In this document: positions 21,540 to 30,429 of the stretch, piece by piece
How the letters are laid out: each line of letters opens with the position of its first letter
Numbering within the stretch: position 1 is the first letter of the stretch
Origin: an uncultured Nitrososphaeraceae archaeon
GTDB taxonomy: Archaea; Thermoproteota; Nitrososphaeria; Nitrososphaerales; Nitrososphaeraceae
Direction of reading: 5' to 3'
NCBI GenBank assembly: GCA_963825865.1
Contig: CAWGVG010000041.1
Location: 1 to 30,429 of the forward strand
Length of the DNA stretch: 30,429 nt
The notes under the pieces: model-generated
Told to the model about the DNA's origin: nothing
Seen by the model: only the letters and a program-made list of their open reading frames with translations
Databases searched by the model: none
Made by a program: the position numbers and the translations under genes

Positions 21540-22104
21540 GTCGATACAAAGGTATGATTTCGGAAATAGTATTGGGTATATAATTAATCGGACGGCTAAG
21601 GCATTTGTTAAGGCTATTGATTGTCAATTAAGGGAAAAAGTAGGTGTAACTGTTGGTCAGTGGAAGGTACTAGTGATGTTAGTTGATCAAAATGGTCTTA
21701 CTCAAAAGGAAATAGCTTACAGATTGGGATTGGAAGGAGCTACACTTATTCCCATTATAGATAAGATGGAAAAGGGTAAGTTAGTAGAAAGGAAGGTTGA
21801 CCCGCATGATAGGCGAAATAATATGATCTATCGTACAGAAATGGCTGACGCTTTATGGGATAAAATGATACAATGTGCATCTAATATACAGGAAATATCT
21901 CTAAATGGCGTACCAGACGAAAAAGTCAAGATAATGAAAGATGTCCTAGAGAATATTTGGCAAAACCTTAGACTTCATTTTGACGTTGATTGTACTAGTG
22001 TTAAAAATAACCAGAATTTAGCATCACCTGTTACGACTGTAAAAAAAAGATTATCAAAAGAGGTAAGTAATAAAAATGGTAACCGCCAAAGAAAAAGATA
22101 CTAA
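21538..22104 (+). CDS. MarR-family transcription regulator
   Basis: QWKVL, GLTQKEIA, IIDKMEKGKLVERKVDPHDRR. Confidence 0.92.
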   Translation: MSIQRYDFGNSIGYIINRTAKAFVKAIDCQLREKVGVTVGQWKVLVMLVDQNGLTQKEIAYRLGLEGATLIPIIDKMEKGKLVERKVDPHDRRNNMIYRTEMADALWDKMIQCASNIQEISLNGVPDEKVKIMKDVLENIWQNLRLHFDVDCTSVKNNQNLASPVTTVKKRLSKEVSNKNGNRQRKRY

Positions 22105-23672
22105 TCACTATAACAAATCAACCTCCGGGCCATCTACTTCTCCTGTAAAGATTTCCTCCTATGCATGGAAGGTACTTGCTGTTTTAAGCCTTGTAGCTAC
22201 AATGGTCATGTATGCAGAAACAATGCTTATTCCAGCTATCCCTGATCTTATCAAAGACTTTAGAACATCATATAGTATGTCTTCATGGATTCTTACCGCA
22301 TACCTCGTATCCGGTGCAGTTATGACTCCGATAGCTGGTAAGTTATCTGATATCTATGGTAAAAAGAAGATATTGCTTATTATAATGGCAATCTATACGA
22401 TAGGAGTTTCTACTGCAGGTTTTGCTAATAACATATACTTTATGCTAGTTGCTAGAGCAATACAAGGAATAGGGATGTCAATGTTTCCTATTGCTTTTAG
22501 TATTGTGAGAGATCAATTCCCGAGAGAAAAGATGTCGATCGGTCAAGGAGTAATTACTTCGATGTTTGCATCAGGTGCTGTGATAGGGTTATCGGTTGGA
22601 GGAACTATAATTCAGCATTTTGGATGGCAAGCCACATTCTTCACAATAATACCTATCTCAATCTCACTCTTGATAGTGATCTGGCGGTTTATAAATGTAA
22701 ATCAAAATGAAAATGTAAGAGCAGCAGCCATTACATCTACAACAACAGGTAGATAAAAAATCCAGTATCGTAAATCTGAATAGCAGAAATAACGATAACA
22801 ATTCTTATATTAAAATCTCTGGTAATAAAACCATAGATGTAAAAGGTGCATTAACATTAGCTACCACCATAACTGCTTTCTACTAGTTCTTACATTTCTG
22901 GAGACAGGTAATGATAATTCTTCAATTCAGCTTGTATTTGGGTTTCTTGCGATAGCAGTTGTTTCACTTTCGTTATTCATAGTGGTGGAAAGAAGAGCGG
23001 CCTCACCATTAATTGATTTTAAGATGATGTTAGACAAGACGCTACTTCCAGCAAATATTCTGATAATGATTATTGGGCTATCAATGTTTATGGTCTTTCA
23101 AACTATACCGATATTAGTAAGAAGCCCTGCTCCAATTGGTTTTGGAGAAAGCGCTACTAACACTGGAAATGTTCAGTTACCATTTGCTCTAGTACTTCTA
23201 GTATTTGGTCCCACCTCGGGCTTTATAATATCAAAATTGGGATCATTAAGGCCAATAATGATTGGTACTATAATAAGTGGTGCAGGATTCATTGGTCTTT
23301 TGATACTACATCAAACAGAAATTGAAATATCTGCGAACCTTGCGATTCTATCAGCTGGATTATCATTGACTAGCGTTGGAGCAATGAATGTAATAATACT
23401 CTCTACTCCAAAACAGTATACTGGAATATCCTTGGGTACTAGTATGCTTATGAGAATTAGTAGGAAGCGCAATAGGTCCTGCAGTAGCAGGAATGTATAT
23501 GCAGTCTAATCAATCCATATTGATAATAAGTGGAATAACACGTCTGTTTCCATCTATAGAGTCATACAATCTCATATTCCTAACTGCTGCGATAGTATCT
23601 ATTGTGGGCATAGTAATGGCAATACTACTGCGACTGAGAGTTAGAAAAATATCCATACCAAATGTTGTTTAG
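22076..23672 (+). pseudogene. MFS drug:H+ antiporter (DHA2-like), frameshifted
   Basis: GKLSDIYGKK motif A, ARAIQGIG, SPLIDF; shifts near 22720, 22880 and 23458; ends ...RVRKISIPNVV*. Confidence 0.9.
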
Positions 23673-23693
23673 ATGATAAATACTATGGATCGA

Positions 23694-24081
23694 CATTATC
23701 CAGAAGCAGTTAGTTCGTTCTCTGTTAATGTGGGAAAAGAAAAGCTCTGAAAAGACACAAATTTTGATTTCGCAGATACCTTGAGGAAGAAGAAATTCGG
23801 AAATTAATAGAGACAGCACCTAGACTACAGAAAAAAGCTTTCTTGCATGTATGTACGAAAGTGGAGCAAGACCCGAAGAGTTTATACTACTTACTAATCT
23901 TGATATGAAAGTAGACTCTAAAGTTGCAGTCCTTATACTTAGAGGAAAGACAAGTGAAAAAAGGGTGAGGATAATACCTTTTGTCAAATTACTACAACAA
24001 TGGCTGCACGTACATGCTGTAAGAAGTCAAAATCAATATCCTTTATGGATAAGCGAGGCAACAAACTTGAGATCCCACTGA
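23694..24081 (+). mobile_element. Tyrosine recombinase/integrase internal remnant
   Basis: YPEAVSSF...LEEEEIRKLIETAP...LACMYESGARPEEF (catalytic Arg), RGKT, PLWIS; HxxR/Tyr half absent. Confidence 0.82.
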
Positions 24082-24740
24082 TATACAAGACACTTCCTCT
24101 CTTTCTAGATTGCGAAAACAGGATTTCTAGTATTGTATTATTCTATCATTCCACCGAACATTGTAGAAGCAGTATTGATATCACCATCCTCGATTTGTCT
24201 ATCCATTGCATAAAAGAAAAACGCTAGATTGAGGTAGATACTGAGTCTCAACATATTAAACGATTGGTATCGATGCGCTAAGTTATGTGAAGAAAGACGG
24301 ATCAATAAAGATCAAATGGCGAATAATAGATTATCGCAACAACGTGTATGCTATATCAGCAACGGTGGGAATTATCTTTTTATTGTGTGCAATGCCAGCT
24401 AAGGACATTTTTTTCCATGAGCAAAAACCGAAGAGAGGACAAAGAAAGTTAGTGCTAGATCCAACGCTAAAAAATGACATTATCAGGCAGGCTCTAAGCT
24501 CATACCTGCACCCATATGTTCTGCAATGTGGCAGTGGAAATGCCTCTTTTGTACGTAGTAATATGAAGAATAGAGTATGTCTTCAGCTATTGTCTTTGTG
24601 TTAAGTCAACAGAGCCAATGATACTAAAATTAATAATACAAGTAATGAGTCTCAAATAGTGGAATTTATTGATAATGAAAAGGTTATTAATTATTAATTG
24701 AAATAATCAAGTTTTTAGTATAGCTCAAGTGAGAATAATT

Positions 24741-26069
24741 ATGTCAACTAGCAAACGAGTTTTTAATGAACTGACAATGTGTGCAGGTCTTTCTATTCAA
24801 GAAGAAGAAGAAGCTCTGGTCGAGATCTCTGGCAAAGACCCAATCCTTGACACACCCATTCTTGCGGGCGAAGCAGTTGCAAGTGCACTTGCAGCACAAG
24901 TCGGCAGCAGTTTCAGAGATATGGAAATTGAAAACAGGACGACGTCAACATGTCAGAGTTGACATCAAAGCTGCATTAAATTCTATAACCGGTTTGAACA
25001 ATATTTATCAGTGTGGACACCATGTTGATACGGGATTTCAAAATGAACCTACTATAGGTTTCTACCCTACACTTGATAGCAAATGGATTTTTGTATTAGG
25101 ACTATTTCCCAGTCTTCGTGACGGGCTTTACTTAACTGCGCTCATAACAAAACTACTATAGGCGAATCTATTGCGAAGTGGAATGCACAAGAATTGGAAG
25201 ATGTGCTAGCTGAACATGATTTGTCTGGCGGTATGCTCGTGTACACAGGAAGAATGGAGATCACATCCTCAAGGCAAGGCCCTTAATGATTTACCAGTTG
25301 TTGATATTATCAAGATGGGTAAAAGTGAGCCAGAATTAAACATCAATGACAATAAAAGGCCATTATCTGGAATTAGAGTGGTCGATTTGACACGGGTCTT
25401 AGCGGGACCGATGGCCTCTCGTTTGCTTTGCTTGCAGAACAAGGAGCTAATCTAATGCATATCTCTAGCCCTAATCTTCCATATCTTCTTTCAGCTGTAT
25501 TTGAAACAGGGATGGGAAAAAAGTCTGCATTCATAGATCTAGATAGACCAAATGATGTCAGACAGATAAAAGAATTGATAAACAAATCTGATATATTCTT
25601 TGAAAATTATCATAGAAGTGGTCTATCAAAACATGGGTTGTCTCCATTAGAATTAGCTAAACTTCGACCTGGTATAATATACGTTTCAGAGAGCGCTTAT
25701 GGAGAAGCTGGCCCTTGGCAATACAGAAGAGGAGCAGAACAGCTAGCTGAGTCAGTCACAGGTATCTCAGCTGAACTTGGAGCCATTGATTCGCCAAAGA
25801 TATTTCCAGGATATTTGAATGATTACCTCACGGGATACCTTGCTGCATTCGGTGCTTGCGCAGCTCTTTTACGTAGAGAAAAAGAAGGCGGTAGTTATTG
25901 GGTACGTGTGTCACTTTGCAGAACTGCGATGTGGGTTCAAGATATAGGGAGAGTAAATCCATCTGATATAACGGATCCCATTACATGCGAGGAGCGGGAT
26001 CTCCTCTCTTGCTATTATCTGACGATGATGAATTCATTATTACCTGATGAGCCTTTATGCGCAATATAG
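24741..26069 (+). pseudogene. Family III CoA-transferase (CaiB/BaiF), two-domain type, frameshifted and 3' truncated
   Basis: RPLSGIRVVDLTRVLAGP, GKKSAFIDL, ENYH, SAYG..GPW..RRG.EQ, DYLTGY, GGSYWVRVSL. Confidence 0.9.
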
Positions 26070-26258
26070 CTTTCTAACAGTTTAAAATCTTGAATAAAAT
26101 CCAAGGAGTATTTCAATACATATTGTGTACTTTAGTTTGAGAATCAATGATTTTTTTCTTGTTTGTAGAGAAGCTCTAATAATAGGTACATTAGCCATCA
26201 GGGTGTCAGACAATTGCATTTTAGGTGTCTCACGAACAGCTTACTTCATACTACCAAT

Positions 26259-26432
26259 TTATGACTTTTTATACCTTATTCTGACACCTCCGTCCTCACC
26301 ATTCCAATTCACCCGCTTGCATTTGGCGCACCTTTCTGGTATAGGTCCATCATTGCCGTTAATACGATTAATCCATTTATAGCCACATTTAGCGCACTCA
26401 TATTCTTTAATTCGTATCACATAAATTGTCAT
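26259..26432 (-). CDS. 57-aa Zn-ribbon microprotein
   Basis: MTIYVIRIKEYECAKCGYKWINRINGNDGPIPERCAKCKRVNWNGEDGGVRIRYKKS*; below the ORF-track cutoff. Confidence 0.7.
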   Translation of the reverse strand: MTIYVIRIKEYECAKCGYKWINRINGNDGPIPERCAKCKRVNWNGEDGGVRIRYKKS

Positions 26433-26642
26433 AAATTCACTAATGGTAAGAGTTTATTAATAGATATAATCAGGAATAGTAGAGTGTTTTTAGTAATTGT
26501 ATGCCCGAAAGACAATTCATACTCAAGTATCAGCCTTGTTGCCATTCGCATTTCTTTTTCTTTGTAAGAGCAGATCCTACAATATAATAGAGATGGGACT
26601 TATGAATAATAAATCCCAAATGAAGAACAGATATCATCACTA

Positions 26643-27591
26643 ATGGCTAGATATAAGATGCCAGACAGCATGAGGGTTGGACCACCCATATTAAGAGTAA
26701 GAAATATTGATACAGTCGTAGTATTCTATGAAAACAGTCTTGGACTACAAGTGAATAACAAATATAAAGACAACGATGATGGTAATCCAATATATGAACT
26801 TGGTTTCAAACATAACATCTCTTCTGCTTCCTCTCACGAGCCGCTTCTTATTCTAAAACACGATCCCAACGCAAAAAAGAAGTTTTCTTCACTACATCCA
26901 GGAGGAGCAGGTGCAGGTCTCTTTCACTTTGCCATACTAGTGCCTGACAGAAAGAGCCTTGCCTCGACTTACTTAGCAGTTAAAAACTCAGGAATACAAT
27001 ACGACGGGTTTGCCGACCACCTTGTTAGTGAGTCGTTATACCTTAGGGATCCTGAAAATAACGGTATTGAAATTTACCGTGATTGAACTGCTAGTGAGTG
27101 GCCTCGAGACACTGAAGGACACATCATGATGGACAAATTGCCATTGGATTGAACTCTTTATTGGCTGAAATAAACTATGATAAGGAGGAAAGAAATAATG
27201 CAAAGGCATTCCCTACTGGAGCCAGGATAGGGCACATACACCTCAGGGTTACAAACCTTGAAAGGTCAATCAAGTTTTACCATGAGAAGATTGGTCTGGA
27301 TATAACCATGGATTGGACTCGATGGGTGCTCCATTTCTTTCTGCAGGCGGATACCATCATCACATTGGCATGAATACCTGGCACAGTTTGAACGGAGAAG
27401 CTCACTTGAGTGGAGAGGCAGGATTAGAATATTTTACAATAATAATCCCAGACAGGTCATTTGTTAAGACACTTGCTTCGCGTATACAACACAGCTCTAC
27501 TACTAGTAATTCTAAACAGATAAACAAGAATCAATTGTTGTTGGTTTCTGATCCAGATCACATACAGTTTCTAATTAGGTCAGAGTGGTAG
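26643..27591 (+). pseudogene. catE: CatE-like VOC protein (catechol 2,3-dioxygenase family)
   Basis: GLFHFAILVP, ADHLVSESLYLRDPENNGIEIYRD, IGHIHLRV, FLSAGGYHHHIGMNTW; TGA at 27084 plus frameshifts. Confidence 0.88.
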
Positions 27592-28198
27592 TGTAAAAAG
27601 AAGCCAACCAAGTTTTTTCGCATATGCTAATTCGCTTCAGTGTATGTATTTTATTATCAATATCTGTAGCAGCAAATAACATATGCTCTAGTTTAGTTAG
27701 TCAAAATCTCTAAAAAAGAGATATACTTATCTTTTAGCAATGTTTATGCCGGTAAAATGAGCGTCGAAGAAAACATGCAAGGTAAGGTTTTTCTTCTTCA
27801 AAGAAAATAACCTACAAGTAAATTTCCAGCATAGATTTTTAATATTCCCAATATATGTCAACAAGAACCCAGAGCTGAATCAAACTTTTTTTGATCTTGC
27901 TAAAGGCCAGGTCAATATGATGAAACCATTAACGAATGAGATGGTATTAAACAACTCAAAATTTGACTAGAGATGTTACATTCAAAAAATGTACAAGGTG
28001 TGGATTAGCAGTAGCGCATTATGTATCGACCGCTATTACTGTTATTCTTTGGAACGATGTTATTTGTCTATCTGTCCTTTAATTAAATTGTAAAGTTAAC
28101 TGTTTCCTACTTATTTTAAGCCCTAGATATGAGTAATATCTGGAGCTAATTTGGAAATAAGTATTAATACGAATTTGGAAGATAGATTATTCATTGGT

Positions 28199-28223
28199 TA
28201 ATAATAATAATAATAATAATAAT
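28199..28223. repeat. (TAA)8 microsatellite upstream of ccdA
   Basis: Direct read. Confidence 0.9.
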
Positions 28224-28264
28224 ATCATTTGTAGTAACTTTAAGGGGGGTATTGGGGACATACA

Positions 28265-29072
28265 ATGGTAGTAGAAACAACTGTATTAGTTTCTGCTCTT
28301 GCAGGAGTAGGTTCTTTCTTATCGCCATGCATTCTTCCGATATTGCCTGGTTTTATATCATATTTGTCAGGAACCGCTCCCCAATGAAGCTAAAAATATA
28401 CAAACAAGTGAAACTGAAACTGAAATTGTAAGCAGTGGCACTAGTAGAGCTGTACAACCGGTAACTCTTAAGAGATCAGTTAGGCTGAATATTTTTCTCA
28501 ATACTGTTTACTTTGTTCTTGGTTTTTCGCTGGTTTTTGCAGTTTTAGGAGTACCTCTAAATAGCGTTCTTGTAGGTGTTGGAAATGGATTTCAACATTC
28601 ACTTACATCAGCTGGTGGAATTGTGATAATCGGATTTGGTGGATACCTTATTTTATCTACTAGACTACGGACATTAAATTTTGAGAAGAAGATGATGACA
28701 AGACTACCTCGATTCAAGACAAGTTATATTACATCGTTTGTATTTGGAGCTGCATTTTGCACCGGTTGGACTCCCTGTGTTGGACCGATTTTGGGAAGTA
28801 CCTTTGCACTAGCAGCTAGCCATCCTGCCGCAGCTTATAATTCATTGTTGGCATACTCTTTAGGATTAGGAGTACCGTTTCTGATTACAGGTGCTTTCTT
28901 TTCACGAGCCACAGGACTAATCAGAAGAATGGTAAAGTATCTAAAGTACTTTAATTTGGCAATGGGTGGGATGCTAGTAATAGTAGGCATTTTGCTATTT
29001 ACAAACCAGTTGGTCCTATTAGCTAACTTCCCGCTTGTTAATCAGGTGATCAATCTTGGGAGATCGATTTAG
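28265..29072 (+). pseudogene. ccdA: CcdA/DsbD-type transmembrane thiol-disulfide transporter, one frameshift near 28380
   Basis: SFLSPCILPILPGFISYL and GWTPCVGPILG, YSLGLGVPF. Confidence 0.9.
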
Positions 29073-29103
29073 AGATGAAAAAATAACAGGGAATTTGATT
29101 AAT

Positions 29104-30352
29104 ATGAATAAAGACAATATCAGCGCCTTAATTATGGCAATTGCGACAGTAACTTTGATAGCAGCATTTGCAGTGTACTTCAACAGTCCTGGTCTTAACA
29201 AGGCATCAACGTCAGCGCAACGACAAGTAGAAAAATTCGTATCAGCAGCAACTATACAGAATGGTCCTCTAGCCACCATAAAGCTTGACAAAGCTCAGTT
29301 CCAGCAGATTGACAAGTCACAATTTATAAAGGCGCCTGAATTTGCTCAGCTAGATGGCTACATAAATACATACAATAATAGTCCATTAACACTTTCATCT
29401 CTTAAAGGAAAAGTAGTTCTAGTAGATTTTTGGACATACAGCTACATTAACTGTATACGTACTATACCTTACATCAATGACTGGAATCAAAAATATGCTG
29501 ACAAAGGCTTAGTAATAATCGGTGTTCATTCACCTGAATTTGAATTCGAGAAGAACTATGACAACGTAAAAGCAGCTGTGCAAAGACTGGGAATAACTTA
29601 TCCAGTAATACTAGACAGCGACCATGGAACTTGGAATGCATATGGAAACCAGTATTGGCCTAGACACTACTTAATTGATCAGCCAAAGATTCATAAGAGA
29701 TAATCATATAGGAGAAGGCGGTTATGATCAAACAGAAAAGGCAATTCAATCGTTGCTCGCGGAACAGGCGGCTCAAATGGGTATGAAAGAGATAAGCTTC
29801 GATACAAAACCTACTACACTGATTAAACCTAAAAGTTTACAATCTGTAGATCTAACACAAGCCACAACACCTGAAATTTACCTGGGGTATAATAAAGCAC
29901 GAGCGCCGATCGGAAATCCTGAAGGCTTCAAACCGGATCAGACAATATCATATTCTATTTCGCCTAACACGAGTTTCAAGCCTAGTATTGTATACCTTCA
30001 GGGCAACTGGAAGAACAATCCCGACAATATGGAATTACAAAGTGATACAGGACGTATTGCTTTGATATATTATGCAAAGTCTGTTAATATGGTGGCTGGA
30101 GGAAAAGGTGGAGGCATTGTCTCTAACGATAACGACGAACAAGGAGGGGTAGGAGGGCATGGACAAACAGTTGCAACTTCAGCAAATATATCAAACAATT
30201 CACTCGGAGAGGATCTATCAGTAACTGGTAGTTTCAGAATTGACGGACAAAGGCTGTATAATTTAGCAATGCATAATGACTATGATGCTCATTCCTTAGT
30301 AATAGATGTTAAAGGTAAGGGATTCCAATTATACACATTTACATTTGGATAG
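29104..30352 (+). pseudogene. dipZ: DipZ-like redoxin with C-terminal beta-sandwich domain, frameshift near 29685
   Basis: GKVVLVDFWTYSYINC, GVHSPEFEFEK, NQYWPRHYLID, HIGEGGY, TPEIYLG, YTFTFG. Confidence 0.88.
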
Positions 30353-30429
30353 ACAGACCAACGTATTCCATATCAGATAAGGTGCCAGAACTAGAGGTTG
30401 TTTTAATTAATTCTGTTTAGTACAAAACC

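Noticed and set aside
24287-24604. ORF with LHPYVL as the integrase C-terminus
   Set aside because: No RH follows and no catalytic Tyr region is recognisable
27758-27783. MSVEENMQ as the start of a SnoaL-like gene
   Set aside because: Only eight codons; cannot be supported
28199-28223. (TAA)8 as a phase-variation switch
   Set aside because: AAT runs are common throughout this window, and there is no evidence of length variation
19435-30352. Programmed frameshifting in phoD, MFS, caiB, ccdA, dipZ
   Set aside because: No shared slippery motif; several shifts per gene in both directions
1-30429. tRNA, rRNA, CRISPR array, att site, defence system
   Set aside because: None recognised by eye; tRNAscan-SE, Infernal and DefenseFinder were not run

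Overview
AT-rich archaeal DNA. The gene content (Asn-rich secreted proteins, cupredoxins, a DUF6659-type domain, USP, lineage-typical hypotheticals) points by inference to a soil ammonia-oxidising archaeon (Nitrososphaeraceae). The window is an accessory, heavily decayed region. Only about eight genes look intact (SDR, a cupredoxin, a membrane protein, non-heme chloroperoxidase, a secreted hypothetical, a DUF2334-like deacetylase, a Zn-finger/DUF6659 fusion, MarR). Most others carry frameshifts, nonsense codons or truncations (phoD, MFS, CaiB, CatE-like, ccdA/dipZ, secreted hydrolase, IS630 and integrase remnants, and short fragments of ADH, AKR, USP and a ferritin-like gene). Best novel candidate: a putative copper/envelope signalling module at about 6.8-10.7 kb (cupredoxin, stand-alone wHTH regulator, two small His-containing membrane proteins, hypothetical paralogues, second cupredoxin) with a 33-bp tripartite palindromic operator present twice. 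Also notable are a ferritin-like (DUF892)/class III nucleotidyl cyclase fusion, a MYND-like Zn finger/DUF6659 fusion, and a GC-rich bacterial-type chloroperoxidase gene behind an archaeal-type promoter. No rRNA, tRNA or CRISPR array was seen. All family calls come from recognising motifs by eye; no searches were run.
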